Shown in pieces: positions 1 to 11,840 of a stretch of DNA of 64,000 nucleotides. How positions within the stretch are numbered: position 1 is the first letter of the stretch; every line of letters starts with the position of its first letter. Both the position numbers and the translations under genes were made by a program. The stretch is from Octopus bimaculoides. Taxonomy: Eukaryota. The notes beneath the pieces are model-generated. The model saw nothing but the letters and a program-made list of their open reading frames with translations, searched no databases and was not told where the DNA came from. The stretch covers positions 132,334,217 to 132,398,216 of the forward strand of contig NC_068981.1 of assembly GCF_001194135.2 (NCBI RefSeq). The letters are read 5' to 3'.

Positions 1-275
1 ATATAAAACAGGTAGAATATTTGGGCCTGATATGCATGGTTAAGATGCTAGAGTTAAATATGGATTAATGAGCCAAAAAGTAATGTAAGCTTAGAATTAA
101 CAAAAACTAATGTAAACTTAGAATGTCCTTGCAGTAACAAATTGAAAAAAATATTCTGTTTGATTTGAATCCACTCTAAAGTCCAGTTTCTTTTGTATAT
201 TGAAACCCAGATGCAATATAGTGAAACATGGCACAATATTATGAAAACTGCATGCTTTTTTGTTTTTTTTTTCAG

Positions 276-344
276 CAAATTACTAAAATCACTGAATGTT
301 CAAAATCTCTAGCAGATAATGCAAAACTGAAGAAAATTTTTGAG
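276..344 (+). CDS. FMNL: formin exon (QITKITECSKSLADNAKLKKIFE)
   Basis: ttttcAG acceptor, GAG/gtattt donor, 69 nt, phase 0-0. Confidence 0.85.
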
Positions 345-3300
345 GTATTTAAGTTTTTTTTTTTTTTGCTTTTTTTATGGGCATCCCATTCCCTCTCTGA
401 CACACCAACATGCCAGTCTTGTCTCTCTGTAGCTTGAGTCCCAGTGCAGCTCCTCCTTCCATTGCCTCCGGTGGTTTGGCAGTTAGCCTGAAATTCTTCA
501 GGTGGCTTATGACCACCTTTGCCGACAGCCAAAATAGCTTGTCATGTGAAGGACAAAAAGACAGAAGCAGAGAAAGAATTACAGTAGTCTATCTGGAAGG
601 GTCACTTACAATGTCCACGTGCTCTGTCTGCCACCGTACTGTCTATCTACGTGGAAGGAGTCGCTTACAACGTTCATGTGCTCTGTCTGCTCTCATACCC
701 TGTCCACTGCCAACTGACTGCTCATGCCTCGCCGACCCCGCATGCTCACCGTGGCCCTTCCAATGGGACCCACAGGCCCCACTTCCAACAGGACATGCGT
801 ACTCCCTCATTTCTGGTCCTTCCCTACAACACACCCTGGCTCATAACACCACAGTTATTACAAAAATTCTGGTTTCACACACAAAATTTTTGTAATAACT
901 TAGTGTGAATGATACACCATTTGTCCAATTTTGGTAAGGTTTTTTGTTCTTTCATGTATGCATAAATATGTATGTTAGTTTATGCATTTATTCATAATGT
1001 ACTTAGTATTTTAGGAGTTTAAATCTTTGTTTTTGAGTATTCAATTTACCTAATGTTGTCCAAACAGGACCACTGTCTTTTGAATTAACCAATCAGTTGA
1101 TTTTTATAATTATCATTATGCATTAGTTTCTTAAAAAAGAGCTTATTTTATCACCAAAGTAGATACCTTTCTGCTTGTTTTGATTTAAAAAAAAAATAAT
1201 CATTTTACTTATATTCTCATAACTTATTATTTGTTGAAAAGTTTATAATATTGTTCTTTTCCATAAATAGATTATTTTGGCATTCGGTAACTACATGAAC
1301 AGTTCCAAGAGAGGTTGTATTAATGGTTTTAAACTGGAATCATTAACAAAAGTAAGTTGAAAGATGTTTTTCCAGTCCTTTTTCTTTCCTCGGGAATTCA
1401 GGTGTAAGAGAAATTTGTACCAGTCAAAGATTGTGTTATGATAGGTGTCATATAGCTTGTTTGAAAGAAAGTTAAGTTTATTTCATTTCTGGCTAACAGT
1501 TTACGTAGTGTGTGTGTGTGTGTGTGTGTTTTATCTGCAGTGCCTTTGATATTTTTAATAAAGTTATTCCTTTGTTTTGCAGTTGTGTCAGATAAAATCC
1601 AAGGACAACAATCAAACTCTCCTGGAATATCTTGTTGATATCATTTGTTGCTATTATCCAACATTAATATTCTGGTATGATGATATTGACTTGCACATAA
1701 AGAGATCAGGTGAGCTTTATATGTTCTGATTAAAAAGATGATAAATATTTTAGGGAATAAATATTAAGACCTGAGAGCTTTGATGAATTTTTGTATATGA
1801 TTATTTTTATAAGAGTTTAATAAAATAGAAGTAGCACAGATAGTGATTTCAAATTTTGGCACAAGGCCGGTAATTTTTAGTTGAGGGGTAAGTCGATTAC
1901 ATCAACCACGGTGTTCAACTCGTGCTTATTTTATCGACCCTGAAAGGGTGAAAGGCAAAGTGGGCCTCTGCGGAATTTGAACACAGATATTATGAGACGA
2001 ATCAGCTACTGTAAAATGATACCAGACATTATAAAAGTTGTAAGAAATTAAATGAAGTTCAGTGTCCCAAACACACATACAAAATTGCACATTAATAACC
2101 TTTGTGCTGCATCTATCTTTATTTTATGTTGTAAACGTTACGGTTTTGAAGGGATATAACTTCGTCTTTATCTCGATTGTTACTATTATTTGTTGAAATC
2201 AAGACAGGCAGATGATAGTACAAGAGTAATGAACAGGGAAGATGTAATATGTGTTAACTGGGTGGGAGCCAACTGTTATAGAAAAGAGAAAGTAAAACAA
2301 TGAAGAAATACTGGAAATTCTAGATTTCTGGAAGCTGGATAAGAGGTCCAGTACTATATATTATGTTTACAAAATGATTATAAAATAAAAGTAAATACTA
2401 TGGTCTAGATTTATGATAGTAAGACACATTCTACCACGAGGCAATTGTTTTAGATCCAACACACATTTTCAGGTCAGATCACTTGGCAAATAAATGCACC
2501 TAAAAAAAAACATTTAATGTTTTTATATATTTTTTTCTTTTATATATTTCAGCTTCATATCAATCCATTGCTGTAGATATATTTACCTTGAGAAAAGGAA
2601 TCGATCTGATGAAGTTTGAGAGGGAGAAAAATACATCTATCAATGAAACGCTTGAAATATCCTTTTTGGCAAAACGTGTGTGTGTGGTGTATGTTTCAAA
2701 TTTTAGTTCAATGTTTTCTTTGCATCAAATGCATAATGAGACCTCAGTGTAGCCATTCTGTTGTATTATCTATGTTTAAGAAACAAGTTCTCCTCATTAC
2801 AGCCACTTTATATCATTTAATTCAGTTTCATTCAGAGTTGTATGAAAAATATTTTACTTCTTCCCAACATATTCCTACAGACAACATTCTCCAAGTTATT
2901 TCAGACAAACCAACTAGATATCTATGCACATCAATCAAAATAATAATCATTTTCTAGCAAAAGATCCTTACATAAATTTATGATAGAAGGTTTCAATTTA
3001 AATTTGAACTCTTCAAAATGACATAATTTTGTATCTTGAAACTAGTTATTGTTTTAAGTGGCCTGGTTTAAAAGAAATTAAAATTCACAAGACGAAAATA
3101 CATAAGTAGCCACTCTAAGTTATAAAACCATGTAGCTGGTTAGGTACTTGTTACTTCAAAGAGACCATTAAATAATGCACTTGAAAATGTTAGCAAATGT
3201 ACATAAGTTTTTCTACTGTTGATTTTGCTTCAAATATTTGAGAAGGCTTATGTTCATCTTTATAATTTTGACACAAGACCAGCAATTTTAGAAGAAGGTA

Positions 3301-6300
3301 AATCAATTACATCGACCCCAGTATTTGACTGGTGTTGGTATTTTATTTTATTGACCCCCGGAAGAATGAAAGGTTAATCGAATCTTGGCAGGATTTGAGC
3401 ACAGAATCTTAAAGAGCGGGAAGAAATGCTGCAAAGCATTTTGTCTGCTTGGTAATGATCCTGCCAGCTTGCTACCTTCATCTTGTTATAATTATGACGC
3501 CTTAACTGTTCATACACATTCTATAACATGGCAACAACAGAGATGCATACTGTATGGGAATCATTTAAATTGATGGAAGAAAGTTACAAAGATATCTGCT
3601 CCAAATTTGGTGAGAATTACAAGATAATTGATCCGGGTCTGTTTTTTAGTTACTTCAGTGATTTTGCCCAGCATTTCAAGGTATGTATCAGAGACTTCTT
3701 GATAATATTTTGATTCTAGTGTCACATGTCTTCAAAGAATGCATTCTTTTTTCTTACTTCTGTGTAAACAATTCTGACTTTAGTTTTGACAATATTGATT
3801 AATTATAATTTAGTTGAATAGTTTACAATCAAACTAAAGGTAACTCATTACATGGGAGCACTTAGGCTTCAGTAGTAGTAGTAGTAGCATATCTTTTACT
3901 TGTTTCAGTCACTTGGCTGCAGCCATGCCTTGAAGGGTTTTAGTTGAACAAATAGACCCTAGGGTGTATTTTTTATTTTAAAGCCTGATACTTATTCTAT
4001 TGGTTTCTTTTGCCAAACTGCAAAGTTATGGGGACATAAACACACCAACACCAGTTGTCAAATGGTGGTGGGGAACAAACAAATACAAAGACACACACAC
4101 ATAGGGTTATTATATATGACTGACTTCTTTCTATTTCTGTCTACCAAATCCATTCACAAGGTTTTGCTTGACCCAAGGCTATAGCAGAAGACACTTGCCC
4201 AAGGTGCCACACAGTGGTACTGAGCCTGGAACCATGTGGTTGGGAGCAACCTTCTTACCATACAGCCATGTCTGCACATTAACTCTCTGGGGAGTGGAAG
4301 TTTAGCAAGAAAGAATTTGAACAGATAGACATAAGAATTTGAGATACCACATTTCAAATTTGTAGGTGGTCTCATTGTTTGTTATTATTGTAGGTTATCC
4401 AAAGTATATACATATATAAGTCCAGTATAGACGAACAGTTAAGGATCCCATCAAGTCTAGGATTCCATCCGTCTGCATGAGATCTTGAACACGTGTCACT
4501 TCTGTAGCAAGTATTGACCCTTACTTAGTGAGTGCAATTAGGTTGATGAAAAATGTTTGGAAGCCTCTTAATTGTAACTGTATCTGTAATTTAAAAATAC
4601 AGCCTTGTAACACCATGTCATGCCATTCTGCATGGGGATTACATTAAAGATACACATGTCTGTGGAATACTCAGCCATTTAGAACTAATTCAGTTCACAT
4701 TTCACTGGTTAACTGTAGAAAGTACATCCTGTTAAAAAGTAATGGCTTTAACAATATGAAAATAAATTTGTCAAAAAGTAACCTATCCACATTGATATTG
4801 AAGAAATGTAAAAATAGCAAAAAGAAATCTCTCTTGAATACATATAATCAATTTATTAACTTTTTAGCTTGTTTTCTTTCATGTTGTCTAGATCATTTCT
4901 CTATTTTCATATAAATTGATGTAAATAAATGTTCTCGTTATTTTTGGCCTCTGATAGAATTTACAATTAAAATGATTTCCAATTTTCTTTTATATTATTA
5001 GAAAGCTCTGGAGAAGTCATTTGGCAGTAACCAATTAACAGCTGATTCTAAATCTTTCTCAATGAGTGCCATTTACCAGCAGACAGATTCTGATTCTACA
5101 TCATCTGGTGGATTAAATGCTCTGAAATCTTCCCAAACTAGAAGATCTTACACCAAGTTTAAACAAGGAGCCTTTTCTGCAGGATCTCGATATGGAAGTA
5201 AGTTCTATCTTTCGGTCATTTCAACTTGTATTGATTCTTAATGACTGTGTGTGCAGCAAGTACTGGACCATTTATCCAGCAAACTTGGGATCAAAAGTGT
5301 CTCAGATTTCTGGATTTTCCTTTCTTTTTTCTTTTTTTTCTTTGGCGATAGTCTCAATATATACTTAAAATTTAAAAAATAAACTATTGAAAAGTAAATA
5401 GCTAAATTGTATTTAACAGATTCAAACTAATATACTTCTAAACCAGGGTCGGTTTGATATTTATTAATACACTTGACATTCTTTTAATATACCATGCTGT
5501 ATCAAGCAAAGAAAAGTAAAGAACATGATTTTATTTAACAGCTACAGATACAAATTAATATACTTCTAAAACAGAGTATGTCTAGTCATTATCAATTCAC
5601 TTAAAACAGTAAAGAATAAAACTATTTTAAATACATTGTATGCAAATTAGCCAACTTTAGATATGGTCTGTTTACTAAATAGAGGGTATTGAATATTGCA
5701 CAATATTGCACAGTATTCCTAGATTTCTGGAAATCTGATAAGAGGCTGAGTACTGTATAAACATACATTAATGTATTGATATTACTAAAATAATGTATTG
5801 ATCAATACTAAGAATTTCAAATACAGCAGGGTTTATCACCTCTAAATATTAGTAAGCTTCAGCATCATTTGTTTTTTTTTTACTATTTTGTTCTGGTTTA
5901 GGGTGATGGATAGTCATCAGTGATAGGGCATTTCAGTATTTACTTATAACTATTTATATTCTGAGTTCAGATCCCACAAGGGTAATGGTTGCTTTTCATC
6001 CTTCTCAGGTTGATAAAATAAGAATCAGTGAAGTAGGTTAAGTATTAGTATGAGCATAATATACTATATTGATCCACCAAATTTGAGTCCTTGTGTTTAC
6101 ATTAGAAACTAATAGTCTATTTAGCTAAAAAACAATTTCTGGAGTATGTATCGCAATGATGTTCACTTCTGTTGAGCAAATATTCTGGGATTATTATTGT
6201 TATTATTACTATCATTATTATTATTATTAAGGTGGTGTGCTGGCAGAATCATTAGCATGCAAGACAAAATGCTTAGCAGCATTTCATTCATATTTACATT

Positions 6301-7388
6301 CTAAGTTCAAATTCCAACAAGGTTGACTTTGCTTGTCATCCTTTTGGGGTGATAAAATAAGTAGCAGCTGAAAACTAGGGTCAAAGTAATCAAATTACTC
6401 CTTCCCCAAAATTGCTAGCCCTGTGCCTATTATAGAAATAGTGATAAAAATAATAACAATCCTTTCTACTAAAAATACAAGGCCTGAAATTTTGGGGGAG
6501 GGGACTAGTCGATTACATCGACCTCAGTGTTTCACTAGTACTTAATTTATTGACCCTCAAAGGATGAAAGGCAAAGTCAACCTCAGTGGAATTTGAACTC
6601 AGAACATAGAGACAGACGAAATGCCACTAAGCATTTTTCACAGCATGCTAATGGTTTCGCCAGCTTGCCGCCTTAATAATAATAATGATAATTATTATTA
6701 TTATTATTATTATTATTTTTATTTTTTTTTTATTTTTTTTTTTATTATTATTATGGAAACCAAAATAATCTTCACAGCTATACATTTTTCTCATCTTATT
6801 GTCAGTTTGATTGCTATTCTGATGCCTTTTCATGCCCATTTGCCCAGAATTGTTTTTTGTATTAAAATATTTAAATGGAAATAAAATCTTGACAGAAATT
6901 TCATTGTTATATGAATGATTAGAAACATTTTCTGCTTTCTTAAGTTATGCTCTCAGTAGAGATTCTTCCTAGTTTATTAAATTTTATAAATTATGCCCGT
7001 TTTTGTTATAGGCAAAAGATATATTAACTCCAATGAAAGAAGAAAAGAAGAGAAGAGGAGAAGCTTAAGACGAGAGATTCCCGTTTTAACAAACAGCAGT
7101 AATTCAAAGCAATACCATTCAGTTCGCTCAACAAGAGAATTGCAGAACTTAGTGGCTAGAGGCCTTCGAAGTTATAAGTCTCTGTCTTGTCTTGCAGATG
7201 TAAACCTTTCAAAAACAGCAAACATCAAGGAACAATATGCTAACAGATTGAATAATGACTTGTCTTCTCAACACATCTTGCCAGTCCAATATGATTACAA
7301 AGGCATAGGTAACAAAATAACATATATACATTTCACAGACAAGCAGATGCAAAAGGACTCAGATAGTGATGAAGTAACTTGTCTATAG
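276..7388 (+). CDS. FMNL: Formin, FMNL/FRL-like (FH2 C-terminal half plus tail), 5'-partial; join(276..344,1271..1351,1583..1709,2553..2656,3516..3680,5002..5197,7012..7388)
   Basis: Spliced translation QITKITECSKSLADNAKLKKIFE/IILAFGNYMNSSKRGCINGFKLESLTK/LCQIKSKDNNQTLLEYLVDII.../ASYQSIAVDIFTLRKGIDLMKFER...NETLE/TFYNM...SYKDICSKFGENYKIIDPGLFFSYFSDFAQHFK is collinear with the formin FH2 domain. LAFGNYMNSSKRG..GFKL.SL is characteristic of the FMNL subfamily. All exon phases are compatible. The subfamily call is from recalled motifs. Confidence 0.85.
376..540 (-). mobile_element. possible LTR-retrotransposon pol (RT C-terminal) fragment in formin intron
   Basis: GC-rich island; minus frame reads VVISHLKNFRLTAKPPEAMEGGAALGLKLQRDKTGMLVCQRGNGMP, which resembles pol fragments I recall from marine invertebrate genomes; not verified by search. 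Confidence 0.3.
1271..1351 (+). CDS. FMNL: formin exon (IILAFGNYMNSSKRGCINGFKLESLTK)
   Basis: AG/GT boundaries (gtaagt donor), 81 nt, FH2 GNYMN motif. Confidence 0.93.
1583..1709 (+). CDS. FMNL: formin exon (LCQIKSKDNNQTLLEYLVDIICCYYP...)
   Basis: tttgttttgcAG acceptor, gtgag donor, 127 nt, FH2 KS.D...TLL.YL motif. Confidence 0.9.
2553..2656 (+). CDS. FMNL: formin exon ending at a U12 AT donor
   Basis: tttcAG acceptor; open frame SYQSIAVDIFTLRKGIDLMKFEREKNTSINETLE; followed by ATATCCTTTT. Confidence 0.85.
2657..3515 (+). other. U12-type AT-AC intron
   Basis: 5' site ATATCCTTT, branch site CCTTAAC at 3500-3506, terminal AC at 3514-3515; splicing keeps the FH2 frame. Confidence 0.9.
3516..3680 (+). 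CDS. FMNL: formin exon (TFYNMATTEM...KFGENYKIIDPGLFFSYFSDFAQHFK)
   Basis: 165 nt, starts after the AC acceptor, ends AAG/gtatgt; FH2 FGE...FF..F..F motif. Confidence 0.9.
3890..4280 (-). mobile_element. tRNA-derived SINE, family A (other copies ~9140-9510, 24720-24890, 38180-38347, 42394-42735, 45180-45595, 48510-48835, 49940-50100, 53608-53925, 56215-56377, 57510-57900, 62640-62790)
   Basis: Recurrent ~400-bp unit; head with A/B-box-like GTGGCTGTGTGG...GGTTCAGTCCC, CORE-like ACCTTGGGCAAGTGTCTT and an internal (CA/TA)n tract. Confidence 0.8.
5002..5197 (+). CDS. FMNL: formin exon (KALEKSFGSNQ...GSRYG)
   Basis: pyrimidine tract + AG, gtaagt donor, 196 nt open frame, phase fits both neighbours. 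Confidence 0.75.
5256..5757. mobile_element. degenerate TIR element (Tc1/mariner-pogo-like MITE)
   Basis: GTACTGGACCATTTATCCAG at the left end is roughly inverted to ATCTGATAAGAGGCTGAGTACTGTA at the right; a related end occurs at ~2310-2355. Confidence 0.4.
6229..6445 (+). mobile_element. tRNA-derived SINE, family B (other copies ~1849-1987, 3260-3480, 18965-19157, 24115-24530, 29965-30100, 40370-40550, 41290-41625, 45600-46200)
   Basis: Recurrent unit GGCGG..GCTGGCAGAA...TTCT(G/A)AGTTCAAATTCC...TTTCATCC...GATAAAATAAGTA(C)CAG. Confidence 0.8.
6465..6674 (-). mobile_element. tRNA-derived SINE, family B, inverted relative to 6229-6445
   Basis: Reverse complement of the same unit, ending CAGCTTGCCGCCTT then an (AAT/TAT)n tract. 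Confidence 0.8.
7012..7388 (+). CDS. FMNL: formin terminal coding exon (...DSDEVTCL*)
   Basis: tttgttatAG acceptor, phase 1 matches the previous exon, lies within ORF 6993-7388, AATAAA near 7410. Confidence 0.7.
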
Positions 7389-7574
7389 TTTACTTTCTTT
7401 TCTGACAGCAATAAACCCTACAATAGTCTCCACATTTTCTTTCAGTGTAAAGTATATGTGCTGCTATAACACGAATACAAATGTTTATATGCACATAATG
7501 CTTAAAAAAAAAAGAAAAAAATTGTATATATTTGTAAAATTCTGTATATTTTTGCATCAAGTTGTACATGTATA

Positions 7575-7700
7575 GTTTGCATATATCTTTATGTATGTGT
7601 TTGTGTGTGTATATAATGTATGTGTGTGTATATAATGTATGTGTTTGTGTGTGTATGTAATGTATGTGTTTGTGTGTGCATGTAATTTATGTATGTATCA
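7575..7700. repeat. degenerate TG/TA-rich minisatellite (TATGTGTTTGTGTGTGTATATAATG-like units) downstream of the formin stop
   Basis: About 4-5 imperfect tandem units visible. Confidence 0.6.
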
Positions 7701-10700
7701 TCATTTTACATCAGCAGGTTTCTTCCTGGATCATTTCACACTTTTGCCCAAGTCGTCCTTTATAAGCTTCACATGTCTGTGTTAGTGTAAGTCTTCTCTC
7801 TTACACACCACAGCTAATTCCCAGTTTTTCTCTCAGTGCACTTTTGCTCTGTTATTCATATGCTGTTAGCATATGTCTAACAAAATATGCTCATCTGATT
7901 TTTTCCTAGCCTTCCCATTCAATACATGTCTCAATACCATGCAACATTGCACTTTGTACACAATATTTTGCATTTGTATTGTTTCACTATCTGCTTTGAT
8001 TTTTTTTTTCTTTCTTCAATGGTCCCTTAATTAAATATATTAACACTAATTTAACTATTGTTTTTCATGTGGATGGCAACTTTTGAGTTGTATATTTTCT
8101 AAACAATTGTATAATTTCCTGTGCCAACAGATGTACAATGATACAGTGATTCCTTCATTAAGACTCCAATAAATACAGTGAAAGCTATACTCATGATGAG
8201 CTCAGAATAATATCAAATCATATCTGGAGTTGTCTCCCATAAAAAAAGAAAGAAAAATAGTTATTGACTAACTGATATTAATTTTACCTCACTACATCAT
8301 TATTTATATTTTGTTTTCTAGTGATTCCTGTACTAAATATATTAACTCAAACTTTATTATATTAATATATCAGATTGGAAGCTTAGTAACTGAGGGGTTA
8401 GTTTACTTTTTACTACTAACCCTTAGAGCATGAGTTTGATTTCTGTTCAACATACTACATTTTGTACTTAGATAAAGTATATTACTCTACTTGCCCCCAT
8501 TTAAGCTACCTGATAATAGGTTCTATTTGTGCTTTATGATTGTATGGTTATCATTAAGTAGAACATCTAACAGTTTATGCAAATATTAACATTATCAGAT
8601 ACATGCTAAACATGCTATTGTAGATACATGCTAATCTATAATGTTGTTAAATTAGCTGGAAAAATCAGTTTCAAATTGATAACATTTTTTCAGCGAGTGA
8701 GTGTATGAAATATGGAAATAAAAGCCAGTATTAAACACAGTTACAACTAATGTGGTATACTAAGATAAGACTCATGCATTTCCTTTAAAAAGGTCAATGA
8801 AAGCAAGAGTTGAAAGATGCTTGTGTTTTATTGACATTCTTTGAGAAAAGACAAAGGAAATGTTGCTGTTCTATTCCTTGTGAATATAGTTAGTATAAAT
8901 GTATAATTACTAACTAGTTCATAAATAATTCCTCTTATAGTATAAATTTTATAGACATTCAGTAATATATCAAGCTACATACTTTTATTTGGTTATGTTT
9001 ATAAAGAAATATAGATACTTTCATCGCAAACCAACTTTTTCAACCTACATTTTTGTTTTCTATACCTAACAACCAGACCATGGCTAACTAAATCTTGATA
9101 TTTTTGAAACATTAAATTGAGCTATTGACTATCTTTTATCTTTTACTTGTTTCAGTCATTGGACTGTGGTCATGCCTTGAAGAGATTTTATTCAAACAAA
9201 TTGACCTCAGTTCTAAATTTTTTACATCTGATATTTATTCTATTGGTCTTTTTTGCCAAACCACTAAGTTACAAGGATGTAAACAAACCAACACTAGTTG
9301 GCAAGCTGTGGTGAGGAACATAAACCCCAAAACACGCACATATTTATATGTCTTTCAGTTTCCATCTATGATATCTACTCACAAAATTTTAGTCAATTTG
9401 TCAGCCTGGGGCTATAGTAGAAGATACTTGCTTAAAGTGCCACACACTGACATTGAACCCAGAACCATGTAGTTGGGAAGCAAATTCCTTACCACAAAGT
9501 TACACCTGTTAAATTAAAGAATAAAACTTCCGATTTGTGGAAATTAATAATTATTGGAATTAAGTGAAATAATGGTGATGTGATATATCAAAAATGTTAG
9601 ATCTCAGTATTTAGTTTCAACCCATCAAGCTCTGAATTCAAATTCCACTGAGGCTGACTTTTCGTTTTTTATCACTTTGAGATTACGAAATCATGTACAG
9701 TGCCAATATACTGATGGCTGATTCATTTAGATGTTATTATACGTCATACGAAAATAAAACTGTTATTGCATCATCAGTTATTAACTTAAGTGTATTGACC
9801 TTTTGAATCCACAAATACATTTGACTCTACTTCAGAAGATGCAAAAGTAATGGGCCAGATGGGTTTGTGTTTATGGCTGAAAATAATATTTTTGCTAATT
9901 AGTAAACCATAAGCACATGTGGCCATGTAATTTTGTGTCTTTCTGGGGGTACAGTCTAAATATGCTAAAGCATATTAATAGTTTCAAAGGGTTAAAAGGT
10001 ACCAAAAACGTAGCTTTGTTCTCTTATAAAACAAACAAGTAAAAATTTAGATGGTCAGGAATTCCAGTCAACAATTAGTAGCTTCATTGATTATTCTTTT
10101 TACCTAAATTTCATTATTTTAATTAATGGGCTGTCTGGTATAGAGGTTTCGATATTTTGCATGTAGGTTGCAAAGCAATGTTGGTACTTGCGTTTTTTGG
10201 GGGAAATAATCTCCTTTGTATTCAATTGAAATTATTTCAACTATAAATGTTTGAAATGAAAAAGGAGTTGTTAACTCATTAATGGCCAATGTCCCATTTT
10301 GGAGACAGAGATTTTAAATTTAATATAAATAACATAAAAACTTTTGTTTTTATTATATACTTCATATTTATAATATTTTCCAAGTATACCATTAAAATTT
10401 GCATATAATAGGAGAAATATAATCAAAAAGGCCATAGGAGCTAAGAAATGTAAACTTTTATAAATAATATTCATAGTTGAATTATAACCTTTAATGGGTT
10501 AAATTCTAAAGGCTATTTTATCCTCATTCAGAATAGATTACACTTTAACTTAAAAATCAGTGTTGACATCACAGTCATAAGAACATAAGTTCAAGTCTTA
10601 GATCAGGTAGCACATCTTTATTTCAAATTGCTCCAGTCTACTCAGGTAAAACTGAGTACCAACCTAGGCCTAGTGCAGCCCTTTCTTTCTGCAGGGTCAA

Positions 10701-11625
10701 GGGGTGAGAGGGTCAAAAGGGAGCCTGTGTCTGCTTGCAACTTCATAGGGATGGAAAACAATCAGCAAAAGCATGGTACATGTTAGCTGGTCATATTTGC
10801 TTGTGTGAAGGCTATGAGAGTAAAGGTTACATATTTTCAAACACCTAATTTGAAAAAGCAAGAGAAAATACAAATTTCTAAGTGATGCTTTGAAGTAGGT
10901 TATAAGTTTATCTTTCTAAATTAATATCAACCCTCATATTCCAACAGGTTTTCTCCACCTTTCATTGATTAGCTAGACTGATTAATTTTTTTTGTGAAAT
11001 TTATTCCTTTGCAATATCTTATTAGATATTTCAATCCATTTCTTTTCAGATTATTTATCTTTGCAATGACTCTTACTTTAAGAGTTTTCCTGTTTTAGAA
11101 AATGTTTAGTTAAAAACTGAAGCATATATAATCTCCAGTATGAAAAAAATCACCTTCATTTCTTTAACTCATATTCTTTTATGTTGGCACATAAGTGTGC
11201 AATATAGCATCTCTATGTATTTTGATCCTAATATCTCATCAGTGAAACCCGTGTCTTCCTTAATCTACCTCTAGCACAGGTACTTCCCACTAACAACTTA
11301 TAGTACTATGATTTTTTTTTTTAACCCAACATGATCATCTATATCAATTATGTGACTGTATCTGTGTTCTCACTTCTCTTATATATTGGTGCTCAATTAC
11401 TTTCTTAATTTGTTTGCACACATACTATATAAGAACAAATATTTACTTTAATTTTCCAATCTATTTACAGTACTAACAAATTTTTATTTCCAATTTACTG
11501 TAAAATTTTGAACCAGTCATTTGTATAAAAATTGTATAAAGAAAAACCAACTGTATTGAATAAAAAAATATATGATTAAGTTAAATGTTTTCTTTGCATT
11601 ATTCTATAAAATATACTTTATTTAA

Positions 11626-11840
11626 CCCCTTAACATTCAAATTACTCTGCCAAATCCAATACTTATATATTCAGTTTTTCAATTAATCATGTATTATCTC
11701 ATAGCTTTGAAATTTCAATGATAATTGTTTATTTTTAATATGACATTATAGGGTGTGAAAGGCTGCAACTGGCCACTTAGAACATAAACAAGGTTGAATA
11801 GGTATTTGGACCTGATATGACTGGTTTAGATGTTAAAGGG
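11626..11840. mobile_element. TTAA-flanked MITE (piggyBac-like ends CCCTTTAGCATT); other copies 1-57 (partial), 11878-12078, 36824-37042, 50940-51116
   Basis: TTAA on both sides, short TIRs ccctt(t)a(g)catt...atg(c)taaaggg, shared ~210-bp internal sequence across copies. Confidence 0.75.

Noticed and set aside
410-908. 161-aa and 85-aa plus-strand ORFs in the formin intron
   Set aside because: No recognisable domain or splice support; better explained as a GC-rich transposon remnant.
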